From Lama guanicoe (lineage: Eukaryota): a stretch of DNA of 64,000 nucleotides. The position numbers were made by a program, and so were the translations under genes. The stretch is from assembly GCA_013239625.1 (NCBI GenBank), contig MU053472.1:1240001-1304000 (forward strand), read 5' to 3'. Shown piece by piece: positions 50,818-64,000 of the stretch. Position 1 is the first letter of the stretch, and every line of letters starts with the position of its first letter. The notes beneath the pieces were generated by a model, which was not told where the DNA came from, made no database searches, and was given only the letters and a program-made list of their open reading frames with translations.

Positions 50818-53234
50818 ACTCATAGTAAAAAAGACCCACGCAAACGTACACTGTTATCTTATAAATGAGTAACAAATTGAAAATAAGCATCCTGGCTTCA
50901 GTGCAGGAAAAAAGAAAAGAAAGGAAAAAGGGGGGAAATGGACACTGCCTGAAAAGCTGAAGCAACAAAAAAGTTGCCACGGAGAGTCACTCAACTCCAT
51001 CAATAGAATTTTTATGAATGAAAAATAACCTTATGTTATCTCCAGGTATTTTGGAGAGTGCATCTGTTAAAAAAGCAAAGCATAATCTACACTGACTGAC
51101 ACAGAATTAGAAAAGAAAATAGCACAGAAGTTAAAAGTCAAAAAAGATACACTTTCCCAAAGAACCTGATGCCTAAAAAACAATCTTTAGGTAATTTATG
51201 ACAGATACATAACATGAATACAAACATGTGACAAAAGGAGTCACACTGTATGCTGGTGAAGTTCAATGAATAATTCGAGCACACCATAAGACCCACGGTG
51301 TATAAACTATTAAAACACAAAGTACTTACTTGCATAAAACATACTTAGTACTCATAAAATATGAAATACTGCAATTTAAATTCAAACTCTGATTCTATAT
51401 ATATGTGTTAAAAAGATTTTTTTCTTTTACAGATAATAAGTACTTTTGTTTACATTACTGTTTTCGCAGAGAAGAGTCCATTACAACAAAATGTTTCTTT
51501 TCTTCAAATGTATTTCATAATACCAATCACACTTTTTACTTTCTATAAATTCCATATAGGAATATCATAAGACAGAGTCACACTTAGCTCCAGAAAATAA
51601 ATAATAAAAGGTCCCTTGAAATTCTGAATGAATAATAAGATGAATTCATAAGAGTAAATTCCACAGGCAAAGAACAAATACTAAGGAAACAACTACCAGG
51701 AATCGGAAAGCTGAATAGTGCTCAAAGCTCAAAGGTCAAATGGAGTTGACCAGTCAGACAGAAAAGAGACCTCAATTAACATCCAGTGAATTTAGTAGAA
51801 ACCCCAGTAGAGTCAATCCATAGTATGAGAGCTAAACTAGATTTTAGAGTAAAGGCTACTCAAAACCCAACATAACAACACTTTACAGCAAGCCTCAAAG
51901 GGATTATATTAATCTGGAACTAATTTAACTGTGTGCTAGAATAAAAACATGTCAGTATTCTTTCAATAAAGACAACAAAATTCAGGTGCTCGATACATAA
52001 AGTTTACAATGTCCAGCATATATAAACAATTACTAAATGTAAGAAGAAGGCAAATTAACCAATCTCTAGAAAAAATACAAGCAAAAGAATTACAAATATG
52101 ATAAAAGCTGGTATACAAGAAGTTGGAAACAGCTATTACAAATACGCTTAAGAATTTAAATGAAAATATGAACACTGAAATTGAAACTATTTTAAAAGAA
52201 ATATGGAATTTTTAGAGTGAAAAAATACAACATCTGAAATACAAAGTTCAGAGCTTTAACAGCATATTTAACACAGGCAAATGAAAGATCACTGAATTTG
52301 AAGACAAGGTAATAGTAACTATCCAAACTGAAGTACAGTTTGGAAAAAAATTACTGAGGAAAAAAAGCTAAAAGTGAGGGGCAGGAGAGAGATAGAAAGT
52401 AAATAAAAGAGAGATAATAATCAGAGTCTCAAGTAATGTGAAAAATCACCAAGCATTTTTACATACACATAACTAGAGGTCAAGAAAAGGGAAGGGGGTG
52501 GGTGGAAGACATATTTAAAGAACAGTGGCTAGTATCTCCTAAGTCTGATGATAAACTCACAGATCCAAGATGCGCAAAGAATCTCAAACAAGATAAACAA
52601 AGAAAACCAAACTAAAGTGTATCATACATTACTGAGAAACAATGACAGAAAAAATCCTGAAAGCCCTGAGGGAAAAAACGACACATACATAGCAAAACAA
52701 AAATAAAAATAAAAATAATCACTGACTTCTAATCAGAAACAATGTAAGCCAGAAGATAACAGAAAAAACACTTCTGAAGTGCTGAAAGCAAAACACACAC
52801 ACACAGAACCTAGGATTCTATATCCATTAACAAAAAGAAAAACACCCAATTAAAAAATAGGCAAATGGAAAGAAAAAAAAAAAGAACCTAAGAGGTTTAT
52901 AAATCAGAAAAAAAATATATATATACCTCTCCTGCTAAGAGATCACATATAAGAAGTAGACCAATAACCACATATGCCTGACTATAAAGCCAGCATAGAA
53001 GTTACAAAAAGTTAGATTCTATATTATGACAAAGATCATGTTCCAGAAATTTAAAATGGTATAGTGATCAAATTAACTAATAAGAATTAAGATAAATATA
53101 TGCTGACTTTATTTAAGAAAGTACTTGACAAGGTCTCATAATAGTATATTTTAGATAATACAGTATATTGTAGACTGAATAATTATAGTTAGGGCCATAC
53201 AAATCTGGCTGAAAATTATAACCATAAAGAAGGG

Positions 53235-53345
53235 TTTTTTTTTTTGAGGGGGAGGAGGTAATTAGGTTTTATTCATTTGTTTACTGGAGCTGCTAGAGAT
53301 GGAACCCAGCTAAGCATGCACTCTACCCTGAGCTATACCCTCCCC
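53235..53345 (-). mobile_element. Vic-1-like SINE with internal deletion
   Basis: GTAATTAGGTTT tail, GAGCTATACCCTCCCC head, TSD CATAAAGA. Confidence 0.8.
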
Positions 53346-54493
53346 ACCACATAAAGAGTGTTGATTAAAAATTCTACATTTTCCTTGGGAAAAAAGCTCT
53401 AAAGAAGTGCCAACTGGACTTTATTTTTATCAAAACTATTAAACACTTAATCAGTAATTTGGATTATGACATAAAGCATGTGTATTAATTTTAAAAATGA
53501 CAAAGCTGGGAGGAATGGCTAAGAAAATAGTTAACAATACAGAGTCAGATTCATCTTAGGCAGGGACACTAGGCTAAATGCAACAAGATTAAATGTAATA
53601 TATTTAGAGTTTCTTAAAAACTCAGTATTGTATGTAAGGATAAAAGAACAAGATCAAGCTTGTAAATTTTAGACAACATAACTATGACCTTTATGTTTAA
53701 GTTTATATAAATTTATGCTGCATGGTAGTGATTAAAGAATTAAATATTCCCCTACTGTTCACTAATCTAATTTCATCTAGAGAACAGCATGGGATTAATC
53801 AATATGCATATTAACTATGGTTAAGGAGCAGCAGGGGAAAAGGACTTGTTCACGTGCCTAGAAGGGAAGGTTCTAGTTTCCCAATTCAAAGAGCTGAATT
53901 CCATCTCTGAGAGGTAGCAGATTTCCAATGGGGGTTCTAATAGAGAAAGCAAAAACTCTGAGATCATGATACCCTGCCAAAATCCCCAGTAGCTTCAAGC
54001 CCCACCCCATCTCTAAAGCCAGAAAATGAGGCTGGGTCTACGTCAGATGAATATTTAGAACTGGTTCAATGCCCCCAAATTTAAATGAGGTGGAACCAAA
54101 AAACAAAATAATACCTTACATTTTCAGGGTGATTTACCACATTGATTTACAACATCCAACACTCAGCAAGATACAAAACTTTTAATAATGTAAGAGAAAT
54201 GTTAAAGAGAAGGATGTCTGAGTTAAAACTGACCACTTTTAAAAGTTATTAGTTACAATGGGATATCATTCAGACAGAAAAAGAAATGACGTTCTAACAC
54301 ATACTATAACATGGACAAATCTTGAATACATTATACAAAGGAAATAAGCCACACACAAAGACAAATATTGCATGACTTCACTTATATGAAATATTTAGAG
54401 TATGCAAATCATAGAGACTTGGAGAGGGGAAAAGGCAGTGTTATTATTGCTTAATTAGTACAGAGTTTCTGTTTGGGGTGATGAAGATATTTT

Positions 54494-54607
54494 ATTTTAT
54501 TTTATTAGGTTTATTCATTTATTTATCTTTGGAGGAGGTACTGGGGATTGAACCCAGGACCTCATGCATGCTGAGCATGTGCTCTACCATTTGAGCTATA
54601 CCCTCCT
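54494..54607 (-). mobile_element. Vic-1-like SINE inside an L1MB-like 3' end
   Basis: TSD TGATGAAGA(T/C)ATTTTA. Confidence 0.88.
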
Positions 54608-54744
54608 AGCTGATGAAGACATTTTAGATAAAGATAGTAGTGATAGTTCCATAACACTGTGAATGTAATTAATATCACTTAAATGCACACTCAAAATTGT
54701 TTAAAATGATTAAAAAGGCAAATTTTGTTTTATATATATATTTT

Positions 54745-55178
54745 TAATTGAAGTATAGTCAGTTTACAACGTTGTGTTTATTTCTGGTGTACAGCATAGT
54801 AATTGAGTTATACATATGTGTATATGTGTGTGTATATATATTTATATATATTCCTTTTCATACTCCTTTTCATTATAGGCTATTACACGGCACCGAATAT
54901 AGTTCCCTGTGCTACACAGTAGGACCTTGTTGTTAATTTATTTTATATACAATAGTTAGTACCTGCAAATGCTGAACTCCCAATTTATCCCTCCACCTCC
55001 CCTTTTCCCCCCTGGTAACCATAAGTTTGTTTTCTATGTCTGAGTCTGCCTCTGTTTTGTAAATAAGTTCATTTGTGTCATTTTTTTCATATTCTACATG
55101 TAAGTGATATCATATAGTATTTTTCTTTCTCTTTCTGGCTTACTTCACTTAGTATGACAATCGCCAGGTCTATGCATG
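54745..55178 (-). mobile_element. L1 3' end (copy A)
   Basis: TTGAAGTATAGTCAGTTTACAA ... GGCTTACTTCACTTAG. Confidence 0.85.
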
Positions 55179-55628
55179 GGGATCTCCTCTCAAGAACAAA
55201 TTTCAACATTGCCTGAGTGTGTTAGTTTTAGGCTTGTTTTTTGTAAACCTATGTGTTTGTAGAGATTTTAGGCATCTTCTGATGTCTTCTCACCCATAAT
55301 CCTTAACTAAGAAGTCAGGGGTAGCCAATGGTCCCTTACTTTCATTTTTCAACTTTCCATTGGTGCATAAATTCCAGCTGGCTGACGCTGTCAGTAATCT
55401 CACCATTAATGATCTTTGTGCATGTAGTCCTTGCATCCCTAAAGGATAAGCCACTTTTAACTTTCTACACTGGATATCTCCGTCATTCCATAACCTTCAT
55501 GGTATGTATGCCTTTGCAGCTTCTCACAGTTTATTTTCATTTCTAATGTAGCAATAAAATAATAAATACAATCATTATGTTGAGGAAAAATGGTTAAAAT
55601 GGCAAATTCTGTTATATATATATATTTT

Positions 55629-56110
55629 AACTGAAGTATAGTTGGTTTAGAATGCTCTGCTAATTTCTGGTATACAACATACTAATTCAGTTACACATAT
55701 GTATGTATAACACATACATATATATATATATATATATATTCCTTTTCATCCTCTTTTTCATTATAGGCTATTATAAGATATTGAATAAAGTTTCCTGTGC
55801 TATCTAGTAGGACCTTGTTGTTCATCTATTTTATATATAGTAGTTAGTATCTGCAGATCCTGAACTCCCAATTTATCCCTCCCCTCTCCCCCCGGGTAAC
55901 CATAAGTTGGTGAGTCTGTTTCTGTTTTGGAAATAAGTTCATTCGTGTCATTTTTAAAGATTCCACATGTAAGTGATAACATATGGTATTTTTCTTTCTC
56001 TTTCTGGCTTACTCTATCTACTTAGTATAACAATCTCCAGGTCTATCCATGTTACTGCAAATGGCATTTTTTTATTCTTTTTTATAGCTCAGTAGTATTT
56101 CGTTGTATAT
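55629..56110 (-). mobile_element. L1 3' end (copy B)
   Basis: Colinear with copy A; right flank repeats TGTTATATATTTT. Confidence 0.85.
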
Positions 56111-56324
56111 ATTGTTATATATTTTAACACAAACACTATTTGCTCTCTCTCAGTTCAGTATGATCCAGCAAAGAAAGTGACTTATTTGAGGCCTGACCTA
56201 TCTCACTCACCCAGTCCAAGTCTATGATGTCATGGAATTACATTTAACAAATAAACAGCACCTTGGGATATCTTATCATCAGGCAAATTAGAGAAACACC
56301 ACACTAACCCAAATACAAAGTCAT

Positions 56325-57520
56325 TCTAGGCAACAAAGACAAAAATAAACAAGTAGGACTACATCAAACTACAAAGCTTCTACATAGCAAAGGAAGCCAA
56401 CAACAAAATGAAAAGGCAACCTATAGAATGGGAAAAAAAATTTGCAAATCATACATATGATAAGGAGTTAATAGCCAAAATATATAAAGAACTTATTCAA
56501 TCAACAGCAAAAAAACCATACAATCTGATTTTTAAAAGGGCAGAGGAACTGAACAGACATTTCCCCAAAGACATACAAATGACCAACAGGTACATTAAGA
56601 GTTGCTCAACATCACTAATCATCAGGAAAATGCAAATTAAAACCACAGTGAGGTATTATCTCACACCTGTTAGAATGACTATTATCAAAAAGACAAGAGA
56701 CACTGTTGTATGGCATATGTAAAAGTTGTTAAGCGTAAACTGAAAGAGTTCTTATCACAAGAAAAAAACCCTTTTTTTCCTTTTTTTATATCTATATAAG
56801 AAGATAGATGTTAACTAAACTTACTGTGGTAATATTTCAAGAAAAATGTAAGTCAGATCATTATGCTGTACATCTTGAATTTCAATACTGTATGTCAATT
56901 TATATCTCAATAAGATTGGAAGAAAAAAACAAGAGATAAAGTGTTGGTGAGAATGTGGAGAAAAGAGAACCCTTGTGCATTACTGGGAATGTAAACTGGT
57001 GCATCTATTATGGAGAACAGTATGGAGGTTCCTCAAAAAACTGAAAACAGAAATACCATACGATCCAGCAATCCCACTTCTGGGAATATACCCAAAGAAA
57101 ATGAAAACAGGATATCAAAGACATACATACATTCCCATTTTCAATGCAGCACCTATTATTCAGCCATCAGAAAGAAGAAAATCCTGCCATTTGCAACAAT
57201 ATGGATGGACCTTGAGGGCATTAGGCTACATGAAATAAGCCAGCAGAAGAAAGAAAAATACTTCTTGGTATCACTTATATGTGAAACCTTAAAGAGAAAA
57301 AAAAGTCAAATTCTTAGAACCAGAGAGTAGAAAAGTGGCTGCCAAGGTCTGGGGGCATGGGGGGAACGAGGACAGGTTGGTAAAAGGGCACAAACCTTCA
57401 GGTTTAAGATGAGTAAGGTCTGAGAAGCTAATGTTTAACATGATGACTATATTTGATCACACTATATTATATACTACTAATTCAAATTTGTTAAGAAGAG
57501 TACTTTAATGTTCTTGCAAA
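56325..57520 (+). mobile_element. L1 ORF2 C-terminus plus 3'UTR, with a nested L1 3' end at about 56702-56925
   Basis: ORFs 56408..56722 (MKRQPIEWEKKFANH...MQIKTTVRYYLTPVRM) and 56975..57238 ([25 protein letters not shown]); nested piece flanked by AAAA(G/A)ACAAGAGA. Confidence 0.9.
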
Positions 57521-58841
57521 GCAAAGCAAAGCAAAGCAAAGCAAAACTCAAGAGTTAGATTCTGTAAACTCCAGGGTAACAAAGTGTTTTAGAAATCTAA
57601 AGAAACTGCTATGATGGTAATTTTTTAAAAATAGAGTAAATATCCCAATTCATACTTTTAAGATACATCTTAACTCTGATAGGATACATCAAAACTTGGT
57701 AAGATCATTCCTTCTGGGAAGGGAAACTTGGTGGCTAAGGGACTGGGTGGAAAGGAGATTCTCACTGTTCCTTTTAAAATTTTGAGACATGAGAATGTAT
57801 CATTTGTTAAGAAGTACAGAAAGAGAATAAGGAAAAGATAATGTACTTTTTAAATATCCCACAAGCCATTTCATACTGACAGAGCTCTAAATCAGGCAAA
57901 AATGAAGCCACAGTCATCAGACAAGAGTTTTCCAATAGCCCAAATAAGACAGTGCTGGGCATTTTATATAAAAGTAAGAGTCAACATGACAGATAAATGT
58001 ATGAGTATGCAACTGTAGGTGAGTTTTCAGTGAAACAAAATGGTTAACAACCCTGGAACCAAGCAGACCTGGAGTCAAATCCTAGCTATCTTATAATTGG
58101 ATAAATTATATAACTTCAGCTTGCTCCTCTAGAAAGTGGGATTAATAAATAGCACGTCCACCTCACACGGTGTGGTGAGAATTAAATAATTTACATAAAA
58201 TTTTTACCCTAATGCCAGGTGCATGGTAAATAACTCTACAAATTTTAGTTATTATCATCATCTATGAGAGGCAAGACATAACAGTGGCTAATAAGAATTT
58301 GAAAACTTGGACTTGAATCCTGGATCTGCTCATTAGCTTTAATACTTGAGTAACCTAACCTCCTTAAGCCCCAGTATCTTTTTCTCATTCATAAAATGGT
58401 AGTAACATTAGTACTTGAATCATGACAAATGTCATATAAATTAAATGAATTGATAAAAATTTGCCAATTCACTAGGCAACACAGTTTTGAGTATTCAAAG
58501 CTAACATCCCCATTAATAGTATAATGTAGTTGTTCAAAGTACTAAGTGACATATTAGCGAAGCTGCTAATAAAATAATTAGCATATAATATTAAACAACA
58601 ACCAAAGTCCCTCACAGTCATATAGTATCTCTGAAGGAATGGTTTGGTTTCAAATAAACAAAATACTTTTATTTGTACCTCCTGTAACATTTGCAAACTA
58701 TGTTATTATATATAATTGTTATTATAATAACAATATTTCTGGTTTGGGGTTAAACTAAAATTATCCACAGAAGGGTAAATCTAACAACCGTGGCCATTGT
58801 AGCATGATGCTCTGAAATGACCTAACAGAGAAACAGACTAA

Positions 58842-59390
58842 TGATACGTTCAGGTAGTATCTCTTTGGAGATTAAGGATATTAAGCAAATATCCTATTAT
58901 CCTTCAAATAAATATGCTGGCGAGGGCTTAATGTGATTCCCTGGGGTTACTGAAAACATGTCTCTGACCCTAACTGAGACAAGCTGGCACCTGGGACCCT
59001 TTGCTGCAGTGCTTGCACCTGGACAAATGTCTCCTATCCTCGACCAACATAATACAAAGGAACTATAAGGGACTAAAAATAACTGTGTACATGCACAGTT
59101 AGGGCAAAATATGGACAAGAAACAAGAAGATCAAAAACTCAATTGTCACTTCTGAGGTGTCGGGAGCAAAAGCAGGGCCCCGGGAGCAGAAGCAGGATCC
59201 TATGCGTGATCCCTATACGCAGCAGCATGACTCTCACCCCATTTAAGGGACCAGCTCACCTCATCTCAGAGAGCCAGCAAGGGAAGCTCATGCTGCAGCA
59301 CGAGTCCCAGTAAAGCCTTGCCTGAATTTCTCATCTGGCCTCTTACCAATTTCTACTGATTAAAGAACCCAAGAACCCTGGGTGGTAACA
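58842..59390 (+). mobile_element. ERV solo LTR, apparently younger
   Basis: Internal duplicated CGGGAGCA(A/G)AAGCAGG, AGTAAA-type poly(A) signal, ends GGTGGTAACA; 5' boundary uncertain. Confidence 0.65.
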
Positions 59391-60884
59391 TAATGAAGGG
59401 GAAAAGAAAAAGATAATGAAAATCAGTAATAGTGACTATTTTTCAGTCCAAAAAACTTCAATACATAGCTTGTAAAATATCAGTACAATTAAGCTGCTGA
59501 TTCTTTTTCAGGGCTGTCTTGGACAAACAAAAGTATCCTCAAACATATTTGGATGAGGGACTCCAATTCTCAAGAACTAAAGGGTACCACGAGAAGTGCC
59601 CCAAACCAAACCCAATCAAAACCAGAAACCAAAGAAACTCTGCTGGAAGATTGATAAATGGACAGTGGCAAAGCAGAGTGCACATGGACTCCATGCTGTG
59701 ATGCCCACCAACAGAAGACATACAACACCAAAAAAGCCAAAGTTTATCAAACTATCAAGCTTTGGTGACTTCACCAACTATTTAGTATCTTGACGGTGGT
59801 GACAGACACATGCACTCATGACATAAAATTGTATAGAATTACACACAAACACACACATAATACTGAGGAAAACAGAATAAGATCAATGGATACTATCAGT
59901 GACAATACCCTTGTTATGATTTTATGCATTTGTAAAATGTTATCTTCAGGGGAAACAGGCAAAATATAAAAAGGATCTCTATTTTCTTTCTTATTAACTG
60001 CATGTGAATCTGTATTTATCTTGATAAAAATTTCAAGTAAAAAATTAAGGATGAACAGATCTTCAGAATATTTAAGTAAGTTTACCATGGAAAGAATTTT
60101 TAGGAAAAGTTTTATATTCAATGTATTCTAAGTAATATTTTCTCCCTACTCCTAGCTTTAACAGTTTTTCTCCTAAGGGCACGTGACCAAGGGAAAAAAA
60201 TTCCACAAAGATCCATACATTTAGAACATGAGCTTATGTGAAAACAAGAAACAACGTAACACTTTTCTGATTAAAAAGAAGAAACAAATTATTCATAAAA
60301 TCAAATAAGTAATAAAAACTATATCCCACATAATAAATATTATCTACGTGCCAGGCATCATATGGGATAAGGAAGACTGAAGAAGAGAAATAACTTAATT
60401 GGTCTTTCTTGGCACCAACATTTTGTTGAACTTTAGTCAAAAATAGATGCATACGTCTTCCGTTACATGGGCTTAAATTTGCTTCCTTATTCTACATCTT
60501 CATCTCAAAGTGTCTTGGTTTTGAAGGCAGACTTATTCTCTTAGATTTTTAAAAGCCCTTTGAGATGGAGAAAGATTTGATCTAGTGGTGTATTACTCTT
60601 ATTTCATAAAAGTTGTAGCAAGCATGGCTTTTCTGAGAACTACCTTCATAGTCAAAATGTCTGTCACCTAGACAAGAAATGAGCAAATTACATTAACATA
60701 CAGTTGTTAGCTTGACCTCCCCTTCCAGCTAAGAGACAGGAATGCTCAGAGTGAGCTCTTCCAAAACTCATGCCAGTTCATGCCCTTACCTACAACCTTT
60801 GGGTTTGCATGTGGGGGGGGCTGGGGGAAGGAAAGGTCTTTAACACTAAAATGGAAAAAAAAAAAATCCTCATAAACTATAACA

Positions 60885-61287
60885 NNNNNNNNNNNNNNNN
60901 NNNNNNNNNNNNNNNNNNNNNNNNNNNNNNNNNNNNNNNNNNNNNNNNNNNNNNNNNNNNNNNNNNNNNNNNNNNNNNNNNNNNNNNNNNNNNNNNNNNN
61001 NNNNNNNNNNNNNNNNNNNNNNNNNNNNNNNNNNNNNNNNNNNNNNNNNNNNNNNNNNNNNNNNNNNNNNNNNNNNNNNNNNNNNNNNNNNNNNNNNNNN
61101 NNNNNNNNNNNNNNNNNNNNNNNNNNNNNNNNNNNNNNNNNNNNNNNNNNNNNNNNNNNNNNNNNNNNNNNNNNNNNNNNNNNNNNNNNNNNNNNNNNNN
61201 NNNNNNNNNNNNNNNNNNNNNNNNNNNNNNNNNNNNNNNNNNNNNNNNNNNNNNNNNNNNNNNNNNNNNNNNNNNNNNNNNNNNNNN
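60885..61287. other. Assembly gap (N run)
   Basis: Run of N. Confidence 1.
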
Positions 61288-62273
61288 GAAGGAAAGGTCT
61301 TTAACACTAAAATGGAAAAAAAAAAATCCTCATCCACTATAGCACTCAACTATTAGGTAAATACTACATAACTCTATGGGAAACAGGAAAATCAAAACCT
61401 AACTCAACAACTTGTATGAGGGTGTGATAAACACTGTGTCAACAGCTGAATTTTATTTTATCTAGAATAGTCATTACAAAACAAAAGAGGACAGGTTATA
61501 AATATCTTTCATATCATCACTAGAACAATGCCACCCACACAATAAATTTTCAGAGAGTAATCACTGTTAAAAATCTCAAACTGAGATTTAAACGACTGAG
61601 AATACATAATTATATAAACCTATTTCCAGTAGGCAAGGAAGATTTCCTTAATAAATAAAAATATTTTCAGGTTAAGTTATAAGTAATAAACCTGGCATTT
61701 TAGAGCATGCACACTTATTACCACAATTTCACAGACATATGCCTCATGCAGGTTCCAGGGATTAGGACCTAGAAATTTGGGGGTCCATTATTCAGTCTAC
61801 CACACTCTCCAATCAGAGTAGCTATGGTCCTAAGCGGGTGAGATAAACTCCCATTGTTTTCTCCTCTCTCTATTGTCCTGTGGCTTGGCTCAGGACATAG
61901 GGATGGTCTTGCTAAGCATGTGGCACAGCAGGGTAATGAAAGCACCTGATAAGAGGACTAAAAATGGGAGCTCAGGGAAAGGAAAAGAACTATGGATGTT
62001 GAGAGGAGGAAAGAGCTCAGGAAAGTTGCTTTTGAACTCCTGGGTTCATCTCCTAACTGCACATGCATGGATCTGACCCTAAACAACAGCATGACAAATT
62101 CAGGACAGATCAATGCCCAGGTTCCAGACTGACCACTGGATGGTGCACACGTAGGACAGATCCAAATAGCACTGCAACGGCTGTAAAAACTTCAATGACA
62201 CAAACAAAAGAAGACTGGGTGGAATTTGCAGCCTGAACCCATCAATATTCACGATCTAATAAAAACAAATATA

Positions 62274-62561
62274 CAGTAATCCCTCAGTATTCAGGGAGGA
62301 TTGGTTACAGGACCCTGGCAGATACTAAAATCCGTGCATGCTCAAGTCCCTTGTATAAAATGAAGTAGTAGTTGCATATAACCTACGCAATTCTCTCCTA
62401 CACTTTAAATCTCTATATTCCTTATAATACCTAATACAATGTGAATGCTAACTAAATAGTTGTAAATACTATATAAATAGTTGCCAGCCTGTGGAATTTT
62501 TTTCCCAACTGTTTTTGACCTGCAGTTCAAAAGGGAACCTGGGGATACGGAGAACTAACTA
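62274..62561. mobile_element. MER2-like Tigger MITE
   Basis: TA-CAGTAATCCCTCAGTAT, GGATTGGTTACAGGACCC, TGCTCAAGTCCC, TGCATATAACCTACGCA. Confidence 0.78.
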
Positions 62562-64000
62562 TACCAACATCTCTGTAGGATTTAAAGAGACTCAGTATCT
62601 CATAACATAATACTAGAAGTGTCTATACTATATTCCAAACTTACTCAGCATATAAAGAACCAGAAAGTCTCAATTTAATTAGAAAAATGCAATCAACAGG
62701 CATCAACTATTACCTACAACTATTACATGAGACTTCTCAAAGACCCTGGAGCAACTATTATAAAAATGTCCAAAGAAATGAGATCAAACACTTTTGAATG
62801 GAAAGATAGAAAGTCTCAGCATAGAAACTAAATGGAAATTTTAGAACTGAAAATCACAACAACCAGAAAAAAAAGAAAAATCACTTCCCTAGACTGGAAG
62901 TCTAAATTGGAAATCTGGGAAAACAAGCTCCTCTTTTAAGAGTGACAACTTCTTGTGAAGACCAACTCTATTAGTCATTAATATCTCAGTGTTCATTATT
63001 TTAATCAGATGACTTTCTTCATAACTCTAGTATGACTAAGTGAAAGAGACATTGTATTTCAACTTTGTCACAACTTTAGTCACCTCTTTTTGACAAAGGG
63101 CCCATAGTTGGCACTCACTGACTACTGAATAAAGTTAATGAACAAAAATAAATAGTATCAAAATATAAGTCCTTAAGGGATGAAGAAAAAAATTAACTAA
63201 AATGTGACTACTAGGTACAAAGCAGACACACTGTTTTACAAGATGTGTTTAATATATCTTGAGACTCCATGTGCTATTTCTTTAAAGTGAGATGGGTAGG
63301 TAGCTCTGTAGAACTCAACTGTGTTCATTTATGTGTTTAATAAGTATTAAATTACAAACCAAGAAAATGTATAAGTGATTTAAAATCCAATGGCATTTCA
63401 TCTATGTTCTCTACATTAGTAAGTCTTCACAGAATGTTATTTATACAAAATTATGAGCTAAATAGATATTGTAAAAAATGAATTTTAAAAGGTAGAATTT
63501 CAGAAAAGGATCAAGAGTGGAAAACATCAAAATTAAATGACTTGAAAAAACAAAAATAAACTAAAAAAAGAAAAAAAAATTAAATGACTTGATGTTCAAA
63601 AAAGAGATGACAGTCCCTGGGTTCTAGACCTGAAGTTATATTTATAGAACCACCATATGAAATATATATTAAATCCTTTATATCAACATTAAATTTGATG
63701 AATGACTATTACTTTACATTTTAAAAACTATTTACTGCTGAAATACAGGAAACCTCAAATTCTTCCATGCCCTGAAATGGCTTGAGCCAATTAAGCCAAA
63801 CACAAATTCCCATATACATGTACATCACAGAATGTACAAACCTTTACTATACATTTCAGATCCACTAATATATTTAATCAGGATACGTGAACAATTGGAT
63901 ATTCTTTTCAAATATTCTGCTTTACAAATTAAAAAGTTTACTCCAGGATACCACTATTCAGGGAACTGAAAAATCTAAGCCACAATGAGATACCACTTCA

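Noticed and set aside
56408..57330. ORFs with clear protein similarity
   Set aside because: Fragmented L1 ORF2 remnants, not host genes
60827..61345. ~46-bp direct repeat GAAGGAAAGGTCTTTAACACTAAAATGG(A)nTCCTCAT on both sides of the N gap, and the X-filled ORFs
   Set aside because: Overlapping contig ends with a degraded left end after a homopolymer (AAACTATAACA versus CCACTATAGCA); most likely an unmerged assembly artefact
42002..64000. Search for USP32 exons 1-2
   Set aside because: No match to the recalled exon 2 peptide (TDVELKRLKDAFKRTCG) seen; presumably beyond the window
1..64000. SCARNA20 or other intronic sno/scaRNA, functional tRNA genes, CRISPR arrays
   Set aside because: None recognised; tRNA-like boxes belong to SINEs; human SCARNA20 as recalled lies in a more 3' USP32 intron

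Overview
Mammalian intronic/genic DNA. The tRNA-derived SINEs look like the camelid-specific Vic-1 family, so the source is probably alpaca or camel. The window holds nine consecutive coding exons of USP32 on the minus strand. They match human exons 3-11 as recalled (the N-terminal EF-hand region), all with GT-AG junctions and compatible phases. The introns are filled with L1, L2, MIR, LTR and DNA-transposon remnants. The standout element is a ~5.7 kb intronless POM121 retrocopy (about 32979-38681) in the intron between exons 3 and 4, on the same strand as USP32. It has a short 5'UTR, a ~2 kb 3'UTR and an A-tail remnant. Its N-terminal transmembrane segment is disabled by a 1-nt frameshift plus an in-frame TGA. 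The downstream 1077-codon ORF (MGSYLG...HTRKK) is fully open and its 5' CpG island is retained. It is a candidate independently evolved soluble, transmembrane-less POM121 retrogene. Smaller items: a candidate 43-nt poison exon, a 24-nt tailless U6 insertion with a perfect 14-bp TSD, a 5'-inverted L1 end, a duplicated L1 junction around an orphan segment, and an assembly gap with overlapping flanks. All homology calls come from recalled sequences, not database searches. Repeat subfamily names and boundaries are approximate.
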